A stretch of 64,000 bases of DNA from Oikopleura dioica (lineage: Eukaryota; Animalia; Chordata). Shown piece by piece: positions 1 through 12,193 of this stretch. Where the stretch lies: the NCBI GenBank assembly GCA_907165135.1, contig OU015568.1:10168001-10232000 (forward strand), written 5' to 3'. The notes beneath the pieces are model-generated. The model saw nothing but the letters and a program-made list of their open reading frames with translations. It did no database searches and was not told where the DNA came from. The stretch's first letter is position 1, and the number at the start of each line of letters is the position of its first letter. Position numbers and translations under genes: made by a program.

Positions 1-1960
1 TTTGTAATGAACATCACCTTCATCACCAACAAATGAGCCCATGACTTTCGCCAGAGTGAGGAGGAGAAAATCTTTTCCAGATCCCCACTTTGCAAAAATA
101 CCAACAGTGATTGGAAGTTTCAACTCTGGCTCAGCCAGAATATCGGCAAGAGAGTTTGTGTACAGCTCGTACTGGCTCATATCATCAGCGAGACCCTTGG
201 TGGATGAAGTTACCATTTTCTCGCCCCAGATTTTGGTAAGGATTGAAACTGGGTTTTCGAGATCGATCTCGTGGGGAGTTTCATTTTCCTTGTTCTTCTT
301 GTAAACCAGGTTGGAGTTTTTGGGATTTCGAAGGAGCATTTCGGTGATAGTCTTGTCCCGAAATCGAATAGAAAGATGAAGAGGATTGTTCCAGTCTTGG
401 TCACGGACATCGACAGAAGCGCCAGCCTTGAGAAGAATATTGACAATTGATGCGTTTCGATTCCGGACAGCTTTCAATAAAGCGGTTTCAGTTATAATCT
501 TCTTGTTGTCGTTGATCTTGGTGAAAGCTTCGAGATAAATGTCCTTTCGCTTGACAAGAAGCTTGATTATTTCTTTATGCGGATTCTTTCCTCCCATTGT
601 CGATTCTTTGACAGCGAGATACAGCGCGGATCGATTTTCTTTGTCGAGTAAATTGACGTTGACATCGTGGTTGAGCAAAAGTCGGACAATTTCTAAATGA
701 CCTTTCTTTACGGCGAGAATGAGAGGAGTTTGTTTTTTCTTATTTTGATGGTTCTTTGATGCTCCAGCTTCCAAAAGTATACGAACCGTGGCAGTCAGGC
801 CCTAAAAAGAGGATTAACGACGCGTAAATAATATTTAGTTGTTCATTCAAAAAAATTAATTGACATACTAGAAGATGGCGAGAAACTCGAGAAAATCAAA
901 TGTGAACTAAAAGTTTTAGTCTAAAACTTTATTTGTGCTTAGATCATTTGTGCCCATGTTTGAATACACAATTTATTGGATAAAATTTCATAAAAATGTC
1001 TAACCTTATCAGCAGCAAAGTTGAGCGCAGTATTGTTATCCGAGTCTACATGACTGACATTGACAGGATCGCTTCCTTTCAAGTTCGCACTTAACAGCAT
1101 CTCAACGACTTCTTCGTGCATATTTCTAGTCGCAACAATAAGCGCGCTCTGGCCATGAGCACCGATAGCATTGATGTCAATTCCAGCTTTGAGCAATCGC
1201 TTGACGACCCCAGCTTCGCCCTTTCTACAGGCCCAGAAAAGAGCATTGCAACCGAATTTATCGGTCTTATTGACATCAACGCCATTTCCATCTTGCAGGA
1301 GCACATCTACTGCATCAATATGTCCTCGGCCCGCAGCCCAGAGAAGAGGGGTCACGCCGTAAGATGCGCCCTGGTCGAGGCCATTGAAATTTGGATCGCC
1401 ACGAGTAGCTGGGTTTTCCAAAAGAGCTTCGAGAACTCTTCCGTGCCCGCGATAAGCAGCCCATGTTATAGCAGACCATTCGCCCTGAATTTACAAAATT
1501 AATATCATGTTCGGCTATGTTTTATAATTGTAAGAACTAAAGAATTTGACGATAAATTACCATTTCGCAAATGTCATCATCTTTTGACTTCTGTTTCGCA
1601 CCTCTCTTGAGCAACTCCCTCACAACTTCAACATTACCAAATTTGGATGCTGAAATCAACGGCGTCCACTGGGATCTGTCGACCGTATTGACTTCATGTC
1701 CAAGTCTAAGTAGAAACAACGAGATCTCATGTTGTTGCTTTTCGATTGAAAAATGAAGCGGTGTTTGACCTTCTTCGTTGACTCCGAGGCACGATTCGGG
1801 CTCTTTAGCTGAAGCAAGAAATTCAATTAGTTGAATATCGATTTTATTTACCTAGAATTTTGACCTCATCGATTTTCCCTTGCTCTATTCGTAGGAAAAT
1901 GGCAGAATTGGAGCTTTTGACGGAGGTCAGATCAAAACCTGTATTTTTCACGACTCCCAT
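1..1960 (-). CDS. KIDINS220: Kidins220/ARMS: ankyrin repeats followed by the start of the KAP P-loop NTPase domain; spliced, runs off the left edge
   Basis: Ankyrin repeats include YGVTPLLWAAGRGH..VNKTDKFGCNALFWACRKG. Manual translation of 1-310 gives NKENETPHEIDLENPVSILTKIWG...YELYTNSLADILAEPELKLPITVGIFAKWGSGKDFLL, matching the Kidins220 ankyrin-to-KAP junction. Likely ATG at 1960. Confidence 0.92.
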
Positions 1961-2193
1961 TGATCTTCACTGAAGAATCTCCAGTGAGATCTTCTTAGAT
2001 TCCTCCTGTTGATTCTTCTTTTCAGCTATCTTTGTTTTGTTCTCTTGGATCTAGAGACGATCTGAACGGCTCTCTTGTGGGGATGAATTTTCGAGCACCC
2101 ACGCTCGCTATTGATCACGCGAGAGACAGAAACCCGAAATCGATGCCAAGTTTTCTGAAAAGAATGGTTTAGCTTCAGCAGGTCTCTAGGGCA

Positions 2194-2201
2194 TTTATAT
2201 A
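2194..2201 (-). promoter_or_regulatory. Candidate TATA box (TATATAAA) upstream of KIDINS220
   Basis: Minus strand reads cggtcgTATATAAAtgccc, about 240 bp upstream of the ATG. Position only; no TSS data. Confidence 0.35.
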
Positions 2202-2482
2202 CGACCGCAGTTTTTTATTGACCATGATAACCATCAAATCTACACGCGATAACAAACCTTGATACAGCTGATCAGTCGGTTTTATGATAATGGCTCCGGA
2301 ATTGTAAGATAATTTGCGGAAATCTTGCGTCTGACCTCTTTTTTTTAGCGATTAGATCATAAGACATCAAAGGTCCTCTGTATGATATTGGAAAAATAAA
2401 TGCTTGAAAGGAAATCAGAGAATTAATTACACACATTTAATCTTTTATCTTTTTATTTTACATGTAGTGCAATGAGAACAAA

Positions 2483-2839
2483 TTAAAAATCAACGATGAC
2501 AGAAACAAAATCGTCTTGGAATGCTGGGTTAATAGTTCCGAAAGCGGAAGCGGGTTTGGTCGGGGTGTTGTTAGGAGAGGGGCAATGAACGAAGCAGGAG
2601 TTGTTTCGATTTCGCTTTGTCTTTGGTGTGGAAGTGGAAATTGCAGACATCATCGATGGAGCTCCCGAGACTGAGAAAATTTGAGGAATCGGTCGAGTGA
2701 CTCGTTCACGGCGAGCTCGATGCTTGTGGAGGCAATAAGCAGCGAGAAGGATGCCGGAAATGAGGAGAAATAGGCAGGCGAAGACAATGCTGGAGAAAAC
2801 AGCAATATCAGCGGAGAGAGGAAGGTTGAAAAAAGTCAT
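2483..2839 (-). CDS. Small single-pass membrane protein of unknown family (about 118 aa)
   Basis: MTFFNLPLSADIAVFSSIVFACLFLLISGILLAAYC is followed by a basic stop-transfer stretch (HKHRARRER) and a Ser/Thr/Pro-rich tail. A 5' exon cannot be excluded. Confidence 0.5.
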   Translation of the reverse strand: MTFFNLPLSADIAVFSSIVFACLFLLISGILLAAYCLHKHRARRERVTRPIPQIFSVSGAPSMMSAISTSTPKTKRNRNNSCFVHCPSPNNTPTKPASAFGTINPAFQDDFVSVIVDF

Positions 2840-3220
2840 TTTCGTATTTGCTTTTTTGATTGTGTATTTGTGAATGAATGAAATGTGAAGAATCACACGC
2901 GTATTTACAGTGCTCGAGAGAGCTCCATCGGCCATCTGGGATCGTTCGTGAACAGCTGATTGAGAAACAGCATGCTTCCTGCAAAGGTAAAACATTGATT
3001 ACATAGATACCCGCTGATGGAACTGATAAGATGCGCTGATAGTCATTCCGGGAAATGGCCATCAAAGAAAAGTCATTTTGAGATGTGAGAGGTCTCGGAA
3101 GATCAATCACTGAAGGGAAAGTTGAAAAGGAAGGACACTGATTTTTTGCGTAACTGAAGGCATGCGAGAATTGGAATGTAAGACAGTACAGTAAGGTAAA
3201 TATATATAGAGCTAGATAAA

Positions 3221-6200
3221 TTAGGTTAATAATAGAGGCCGAATATCCTTTTGGATTTGGGCAAAATTCTGTTCTAAGTTGAGGTGATATTCTGAGCGAG
3301 AATTGATCATTAGTTCTTTGTTTCTGGAAATGGCACAGCGGCAGACATGCATGAAGTCGATAAAAGCATCACGGAGGTCTTCCCAGTCGAGTATTTCTTG
3401 TTCGGTGACTGGTTTTTGACCGAGAAGCTCTCTCGCGAGGTGCAAAGGGCCCTTGAAATATTTTACTAACGTTTTTTTTCAAGATAAATCTTACCTGATT
3501 GACCGTCGCTTGAATAGATCCCTGTAATTGCAGTTGTATGATCCTCGTATCGTCAGATTTAAGCGAGTCATACAACGCCAAAGTCTTTGTGGTGATATCC
3601 TCTTTTGCAACTTGCAAGGGATTGAGCTCCTCTGTCCAGCTTCTCTTGACTTCTGCTTGTCCAAGAATGTAAGGCATCCGTGTTCTGACTTGTAGGAATG
3701 TTTTACGTTTGTATTGAACCTGAACTCAAATTAACGCGATCGCTTACAATGGTAAAGCGTCACCTTTACATCTCCATGAGCTTCCCCAGACGCAGTAAAC
3801 GGAGTTGCGTAGACGAAATTCGTTAAATTAACGAAATCTTGCCAGTTCTTGAATGGTTTCTGCCATTCTCTTCTATGAACCTTTAGAAAGGTTACCTGCA
3901 CCGAATTACTGTTTCCAGTTGGCGAAACGCTTTCCATAACGAGTTCTACATCCTCTCCAATAAGAGCGGAAGCTGATTTTCGAACACGATCTGAGACTTC
4001 CGATAATTTTGAAGCCATGGGCTCTCGAATGATGAAATCTTTATTCGCGAGAGTGACAGGAAAGGCCGGTCCTCGGTAATGCACTTTGAAATAGCAACCG
4101 AATCGTTCATCACCGTAGCGATCGTCTTGTTCGATTGCTTCTTGCTGTGCTGAGTAAATGTTTAGCTTGTCAAAAAGACAATGCATGAATACCTTGAAGA
4201 AGCTTTTCTGTGACATTTCTCATGGAATTTACATCCCCCGAAAGAAGATTCAACAGAGTCTGGTAACAACGAATGGATATCTCGGAAATCTTTCCCTTCG
4301 AGAAGCTTTTTGCAGCAGCCTCCAAGGACTGCTTGAATCCGTCTAGTGAAACTCTTGTATCTCTCTCTTGCGCAAACATAACTGCGGTAACGTGACCGAC
4401 CGACAAGCGGAGTTTAGCAGGCTCAGTCACGGCGGAATCGAGAGTTCTATTGATCCAGTCCGAAACAAATGCTTCGCTTTCTAAACTCCTCAAGCCAAGA
4501 TCTCGTGAAAAGAGAGCTGCTGATTTAGGAAGATTGTCACTATCCGGTGATGGAGCGTACCGGATGATTTCTAAAATGATTGCAGCTTTGTGAAGGTGGC
4601 AAAATCCTGCTTCAACTGGATGGGTTTCTTTTTGTTCCTCGGCTAGAGCAGTGAGCGCATCAATCCTTGATAGCGGGCAATAGGCGAGTAAATCTGCGAT
4701 TTGCATCAAAGTGAAATTTGAAGAGATGTTCTTCGAGTTCAAATCGATGAAATTGTCGACAGCTTCTACCAGACTCAAGATTCTTTCAGTAAACTCGACG
4801 TAGTGTTGACGAAACTCGGGTGAATCGTTTTGCGAGTATCCGAAAGACGACAGCTCTTTCAAATGGAAATACAAATTGCCACAATTGACGGTTCTCAGTT
4901 CAGAAAAGCTCTGATACCTTCTCAGCCCGAGAAGATTACAAACTCCGACGTTGATCCAGTAAGCAGGCAAGGAGAGGGTTGAAAATCGGACATAATGATC
5001 GGAAAGTACTTTCATCATCGTCAATTGAGCTGATTTTGAGACCTCCAAGTTGCCAGAGCTCAGTAAATTTGCGATTTTGATACACATGGCGGAAAGTAAC
5101 GGAGTGTAAATAAGACAGGGGAGGAACTTTGGCATCTGATTTCGCAAAACCTTCATAAGTCGAGTCAATGAACAGATAGCTGTCCCGTCACAAGTCAAGA
5201 TATGAATCATGACTTGGCAATAGGAACGGTGCCAGTAATCGCCATCGTCTTTTTCTTTCAGTTCGTAGATTTGTTCGAGAATGTCAATGACGGACTGGAA
5301 TATCTCGGTCGAGCTATCCAGATCAAGAATAATTCCTTGGTGCGTCTTATCGATGTCGAAAATGGACGATGCAGATGCTCTTCCAGAACCCGAAGTGGCT
5401 GTCAATCCACGAGTTTTTATTTGTTTCCACGATCTGAAACTACTTTCAGGAGCCTGATCAGGAGATCTTCCTAGCGACGCTGATTTCTGCTTCAGTAAAT
5501 TTACAGCTGATCCAGCGCCTTTATTCATCAGATCCAGTTGGTCGATGTTTTTCTTCGAATTCGATGGGTTTCGTTTCCTATCAAGAACGGCTTCAGGTGA
5601 ATATTTCAGGAGTGTCGTGATGGACAAAAGCATTTGGTTGAACAGAATGAGGTCTTTTTTGTCCATTGCGTTGATGAAATATGGAAATGTCGCTTTGCTG
5701 TTGCAGATCTTTCGAATCACCCACAAATTTACTACTAAGAGGATCTGCGCAGACGTGACAGGCATCTTATATTGATGCTTTTCTTTCGTATCGTCTGTGA
5801 ATAAATGTATCCTGTGAAGAGTTGATTTGACAAAAGGAAGGAAAAGGCGAGCTATTTCTTCGCTCATGTCATCGTAACGATTATCCGCGTCAATGGCCGA
5901 TTGAATCTTCATGAGCGAGCATAAATTGTAATTTAGTCCATGTACGTCCAAAGGACTCTTGGTACTCATAATCTTGATAACATCAGACATGATTTGCGAA
6001 AGAGGATCTTCCCCGAGATAATCTATTGAAGCTTTTTTCTCGTCGATCAGTTCAAAATACGATCCGTGGAAGACGATGAGACGGAAGAATCGAGCACGGA
6101 GAATGTTCATTGAATGCGTCTGCTGATCGTCTCCTACAGATCCTCTGGAGACGTCTTTAGTTATATCGTTGTATTGTTTGATCAGGTCAAAGAGTTGTTC

Positions 6201-9071
6201 CTTGCTGAGAATTTCGACTAAATCTCGGATAAAGAATCCGAACGAAGAGTTCATTCGGCGCGCATCTTCAAATCTATTGCCACTTCTTTTGGCGATTTCT
6301 TGAGTGATCCATGTCACGATGCTTTTCAGATAATCGAAAAAGCGTTCAGAAATTGTGTTCGATTTACCCTTCTCGCTGGAGAGCTGTAATTTATGCTCAG
6401 TAGCCGATTTAGTGATGAATTCCAAAAAGAACCAGACATTTTCAAGCACTTTTTCCTTCGAGGAATTCGAGCAAACGACCATTTGAAAAGCGAGTTCTTC
6501 GAACAACGGTCGTTTTATCTCATCTTTAGAAGGATTCATCGTCGATGGGGATGTTTTCATCGTCGATTTTTTCTTCGGGGTCAAATCAGGATTTGAAGCG
6601 GATGGATTCATCCTGGAAAGTCCTAAAGTTTCGGAATAGCTGGAATGGCGGTTGATTGATGCACCACTTGGCTTGGAACTGGTATTTTTCGATTTCATTG
6701 TGTGGCGAATCCAGTCTTTTCGCCCTAAAGTTGGGACATTTTGATCGTATGAGCTTTCGTCCATTATTCCTTCTCGCAGGACAAAGTAAACGTATTGCTC
6801 CAAATAGCGATTTCGCCCATGGGCGTCCCTCTTCAACGAATGATCTTCATGAATTCTTGAGACGAGAGAAACAAGAGTGTTGAAGGCTGCTTGAGCAATA
6901 ACAATTCGCTCCGTCAAAGGTGGATTTACGATGAGCCAGACTATTCGATTGAAAACTGTGTGCAAATGTTTAATGACCGAGCTCATAGCAGAATTTTGCG
7001 CTAGCGATCGAATTGAGCACAGAAGATCTTCATGAAGCTGCTCGACTGGCATTCTCCTCCCCGCAACGGTCGTAAATGTGTCTTCAGCTTCAAGCTTTTC
7101 TGCAGCCAAAACGCATTTGAGAAAGTAATGCACATTTCTGTCTTCAATATGGACGTTTGAATCGATCAAGACGTTTACTTTGAAAAGAGATTTCCTGTTT
7201 TCAAGCCATTTGACGCCGGGCAAATTTGCATCGGGGCTGATTCTTCCATAGCCACTTGGTGGTGGGTGAGAGCAGACGGGTAAATTAGCCTGTTGATTCA
7301 TCAGGTGTTGATTAGCATTCATCAGTGGGAGCCAACTGAAACCGACGGGGAGTTGTCGGCCTTCTTTGACGGAAATGTGGAAGAAGGTAAAGTAAAGATG
7401 GTGGTCAGGAGTTAGATTTGAAGGAACTTCGACCTTGATTTCGTCGAGAAAGGTCGGATGGCTGCGATGATAGGCGACGCTCGAGACATGGTGTGATTTC
7501 ATGATTCCGTCTTCGCCAAAAATCGCCGGCAAAGTTTCGAACTCGTTTCTGATTTCAATTTGCACGGCGATATTACGCGCTCGTTGATGATTTGAAAAGT
7601 TCACAGAGGTCGGGAAGATGTAGAGGACGTTTCGATAAGTGACAAGAGGTCTTGGCACTCGATTTTCTACTGGGAATTCGCGAACCATTTGTCCGATAGT
7701 TTGCGGGATGTCGTTTCGCCAGGGTTTGAGTTTTTGACCATCGTCGCTGCGGATATTGTGAAGGTCGACGGGGGACATGAGCGAGATGGAAAACTCGCAG
7801 TTGACGGTTCTTTGCTTATATTTTTGTGGGTTTTTGCAGACGTCGACGATGTGCCAGCAAATCTGCTCATCGGAGAGCTTTTCGTTGTCAGTCTTGTACA
7901 CCTGCTTGATGGAGAAATCGATAGCTCCATTAGGCGGGATGAACTCACTGCCAGCACCCGAGGATTCATCTTCAATGCTAAACGAGCTGTTGCTTGTTCG
8001 ATCCGAGTCGGAAAACACGGAATACGTTTCACTTTCATTGCTTCTCCTTCGATTCTCTGAAGAATGATGAGTGAACTTCCGCCGCTTCAGTCCTGCGAAA
8101 GCCACGAATGTCCACGCAAATTGCATTCGATATTGGCTCAGCAAGGACTCGTTGTTTTTCGCGGCGAGGCGAATCTTCTCCCTCTTTGCTTCTGGAACAT
8201 CCTTCTGATAAGCTTCTATTGGATCGTATTGGTCACTTTGGAAGCACTTTTCGATCTTCAACAGTATGACGTATTCGTCTTTGTTTTCTTCCAAATTGAA
8301 AACGGGAAATATCTTGTCCGCCGCTGTAAATTCGAAGTTGAAGTTTTCCGTCACTTTTCTCTTCTCCTTCATGTCGTAAATCGAGATCGATCCGAAGAGT
8401 CGTTCAAAGTTCTTGACCTCCCACTTCAGATGGTTGATTCTGAGGATGAAGGTCAGGGGCATTTTGAGGCATTTCTCCGGCACAGATGGAATCTCTCGCG
8501 ACTCATATTCTTCTGCTTCTGTTTTGAGCTTTGGCGGGGCAATAAGGGAGTATAAAAGCTAAAGAATGAATGAAGAATCATAGATTTTTGCGCTTTACCT
8601 TCGGTCTATCCCAAGAAATCTTCATTCTAGGGCTCATTTCCTTCACCGACTGCAGAGTTACTGACTTTGTCGGAGGCCTAGGAAAGCTTTCTTCTGTTCT
8701 CAAAGTCGTTTTCATTTTCTTACAGTTTTCTACGAGATCTTGCTTAAAGTACATTCGTTCCACGGAATTCTAAAGTTGTCGGTCATTCACTTTTCAACTC
8801 TCTATTTTAGCATTTTAGCTTGTCGGTTTTGCGACAGTTCGTCTTTGTTAGCTACTTACAAATGCATCCGTCGGTTTTATGGTCATCCATTCAGCTGAAT
8901 AGGTTTTTATGGCTTGGTGAGCGACTTCGTCGACTTTTCGTGGCTGAAATTGATGAACAAACGGGCTATTTTAGGCTTTTCCAAATCTGTAAGATCTCTA
9001 GAATGTTTTTGTTGGTTTCGAAAGCTTTCCTGTAGCGTTCTATGCTGATTCTCTCGAACGGCATCGCTCAT
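3221..9071 (-). CDS. DOCK7: DOCK-C (DOCK6/7/8) family Rac/Cdc42 GEF; exact 5' exon uncertain
   Basis: DHR-1/C2: YRNVLYIFPTSVNF..RARNIAVQI..FLDEIKVEVP..HHLYFTFFHIS..PVGFSWLPL. DHR-2: RFGCYFKVHY..FIIREP, YATPFT..GEAHG, LQLQLQGSIQATVNQGP. GT-AG introns join the ORF segments. DOCK6 vs 7 vs 8 orthology not resolvable. Confidence 0.92.
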
Positions 9072-9231
9072 CTGAAAATGAAAGAGCGTTAGTTCTCTAC
9101 TTTTGGCTTTTTAATTTGGTAAATTTAAAAATCCTGTTCTCTTGTTTTTCTCGCTCTTCGAAGCACTTGATTGCTCGAAAGGCGCGCTCCGGGAAAAAAA
9201 AAAAGAAAAAAAAACAAAGGCGAAAAAACTG

Positions 9232-9347
9232 TGTCAGAAGTGGGATTCGAACCCACGCCTCCAATCGGAGACCAGAACACTCGGTACACTGATACAGTGC
9301 AAGCATAGGCTTGAGTCTGGCGCCTTAGACCGCTCGGCCATCCTGAC
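9232..9347 (-). tRNA. tRNA-Leu(CAA) with a 32-nt intron (9278-9309)
   Basis: GTCAGGATGGCCGAGCGGTCTAAGGCGCCAGACTCAAG[intron]TTCTGGTCTCCGATTGGAGGCGTGGGTTCGAATCCCACTTCTGACA. Intron sits at the canonical 37/38 position; oligo-T terminator downstream. Confidence 0.97.
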
Positions 9348-9595
9348 ACGGCGGGAGGCCGGCAAAAGCGCTACAGTATTGAGCTTGTTTTTGAAAATGT
9401 TTCAGGATTGGACCAGGAAGTGGTGAGGCATCATTTGGAATAATTCGACGATTGAAACACTTTTTTTTGATTTCTATTATTATTCTAAGATAATTAAAAA
9501 AAAACAATCAGAACAGACCAAAGAGAACTTCTGTGATAATTTTTTTATTACAAGGGGGGCTCAAAAGCAGAAGATAGATTTTCTTAGGGAAAAGC

Positions 9596-10092
9596 TTAAT
9601 TTTCTGGCTGGCATCTTTTGTCTGAATTGCAGAATTCATTTTCCCCACATTCCATGTCGCTGACACACTCGACAGCTCGACATTTGTTGTAGCTGCAGAT
9701 CTCGCGCATTCCACAATGGCTGTTCTTCTCACACTCGACAGCAACACATGATTGCTCCTCGCAAATTGCCCTTTCCCCGCAGTCGTTATTTCGCAGGCAC
9801 TCAACGTCGACGCATCGCTTCGAAGTTTTGTCGCAAACCTTTTTTGCCCCCGAAAATCTGCAATCGCTACAATGTCTGTTCGCGGTGCATTCGACCGTCA
9901 TGCAAACGTTGGAGACGCAGACTTCCTGCTCGCCACAATGTCTCTTTCGAGTGCATTCGACGATTTTGCAGGTGTTTGAGCGGCAGATACAGCTGCCATC
10001 CCGGCACTGAGGAATGGTACTGCTCACCACTTACCAACAGTATCTGCGGAAATAGCAGGAACAAAGAGAAGGACAGAGAAAAAAAGTTTCAT
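9596..10092 (-). CDS. Secreted cysteine-rich tandem-repeat protein
   Basis: Signal peptide MKLFFSVLLFVPAISA from ATG 10092, then about 5-6 repeats of VEC-x4/5-C-x5-C-x4-C. First splice junction is ambiguous. Confidence 0.7.
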
Positions 10093-11626
10093 TGCTTTGA
10101 GAGTTTTTTTTTACTTTGGGAATGAGTTCTTTCCTTGATCTGCTGCTTTTATGGTGGTGGTGGTGGAGCAACACACGCGTTTATTGTTTACGAAAACGTG
10201 AGATAATTGTTGATCTCGGAAATATCAAGTATTTTACCGTGTCGTTACTTAACCGAGTGGTCCCGCGCTCTTACACGGGGATTTATTGTTAATTTGCAAA
10301 CAGAAGTCAGAAAATCAGCGTTTTTCTTTTTATGCGTTTTTAGAAAAAAATCAGCAAAATGTGTTGAATCAATTTCTTATTAATTAATTAATTCGGAGTG
10401 AAAATTATCTTTTCATTTGTCTAAAGCGCAGTATCACGAGTCGGGATGATCTGAGATGAGATTATCGATCTCACTGTCGCTGAGTCAGCTACTACGAGCC
10501 CTTGACTCTGAATATTCAACAAACTTTTTAATAAAGAGATCAGTACTCCATCGCCACTTCTGACAATCCCAGAAAAGCCTTATTCAAACGAGAAAACAAG
10601 GAAGAAACAGAAGCACTCGCAATTCAACAATTCAAAGCGGAAATCAAACGAGTTCTCTTAGTTTGTTTTGAAAATTTTGAGAGGTAAACTTTAGATGATG
10701 AATTCGATAGAAAATCACGAGGAGGAGATAAATAAATAAAACTTTAACTTAAATATAACCTAACTTATTCTAGATCAGATATTTCTCCTGAGAAAAGTTA
10801 TTGCTTAGAAAATCTTAGTTATATTTTCTGTTTTTCGGCTAATACGATATTGAAACTATATGACCTTTGACTTTCATTGTTAATTCAGAAATTTGTTCAT
10901 TGAAAGCAAATAAGCAAAATAATAAGCAAATAATAATTAAACATAAGAGAGTATACTTCCAAAATCGATTCCACGCTTCAAAAATCGCCCTCAAAAACAT
11001 ACATGTATCCCAACGTGCCAGCTGCCCAATTTGAGGATAAAAACCGATCTGATAATGAATCTTCCTTTTAGGCTCGTCCTCGTTGTTTTTGTTTTCGCAT
11101 TCGCAAACGCTTTCAAATAGAAGAAACTGAAAACATCATTTTGCTCGGGCTCCAGGGCGAGAGAACACTGACACAATTCTCAGCTTATTCTGAAATCAGA
11201 AGCATCAACGACAAACTCCGCTGATTATTTCTGAGAGAAAGCCGATTAAAAATGGGCAAAGAAAGGTAAAAACTTGAGAAAGGAGGGGCCGTTTTTTTTT
11301 CTTTGAAGCATCTGTCATTTCTGGTGGGTTTTTTTGTGGAGAACAATAATTAAAAGGAGGCCGATTGTTAAAAGATACAAGCTCATAAAAAGATCATTCT
11401 AAGTTTAGAGTCTTTCTTGAACACTTTTTGTCGAAAAGACCGATCTAAAAAGATTCTCAAAAGAAAAATGAGGTAAACAAGAAAAGGAAATGAAATTGGT
11501 TTTGAAAAGACTTGCTATGTAGAAAACGCAGCATAAAGTTTTATCGTCTGAGATCAGATGTATTGTTTCACAGGGTGATCCGGTTGGATAAGGCCCAATT
11601 AAAGAGACACAAAAGCTCCGCTAGAG

Positions 11627-12193
11627 ATGAGCAGGCAAGAGAAACCAACAGAAAAAGAGGTTGAGAAAGGGGAGCTCACTTGTAATTTTTAGCGAGAAGA
11701 TGGCAAAGTTCGAGGGCTCCTGGAAACAGGTGGAATCGCACGGACTCGACGAGTTTCTTGCTGCTTCTGGAATCGGCTGGATGAAGAGAAAAATGGCCAC
11801 GAAATGCAACCCAATTGATCAGATTCAGATTTCCGGAGAAAATCTCACTATTTCTTACACAGGTAAAATCGTCTTTGAGAAACAGAAAATATTTATTGAT
11901 TAGCCGTCGGAGTAATTTCCGGCTCCAATACGTACAAAATCGGAGGAACTGCCAAGATCAAGAACTATTTGGATGAAGAAGTCGACGCCGATTGCGTTAT
12001 CGAGGACGAGGAAAAGATCGTGCTCATCATGAAGGGTGGCTCTCTTGGCGAAGTCAGAATATCTCGAGTCATCAAGGACGGCAAACTCCATGTCGAGCAA
12101 GTAAGTTCTTAAAAATCAACCATTTTCTAACGCTAGCTTTAGAAAATCATGAGCAAGAACATCGTCGCTAGCCGCGTTTTCGAACGATCCTAA
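11627..12193 (+). CDS. Fatty-acid-binding protein / intracellular lipid-binding protein, copy 1
   Basis: Exons 11627-11634, 11693-11862, 11904-12100, 12143-12193 give MSSEKMAKFEGSWKQVESHGLDEFLAASGIGWMKRKMA...RVIKDGKLHVEQKIMSKNIVASRVFERS, with the iLBP GxWK motif and C-terminal RxF. Confidence 0.85.

Noticed and set aside
908-931. Perfect 10-bp inverted repeat AAAGTTTTAG-T-CTAAAACTTT in a KIDINS220 intron
   Set aside because: Short and very AT-rich; no TSD or second copy seen; plausible by chance.
5202-8555. Several plus-strand ORFs of 70-160 aa opposite DOCK
   Set aside because: Antisense shadows of a long coding exon; no family motifs or splice logic.
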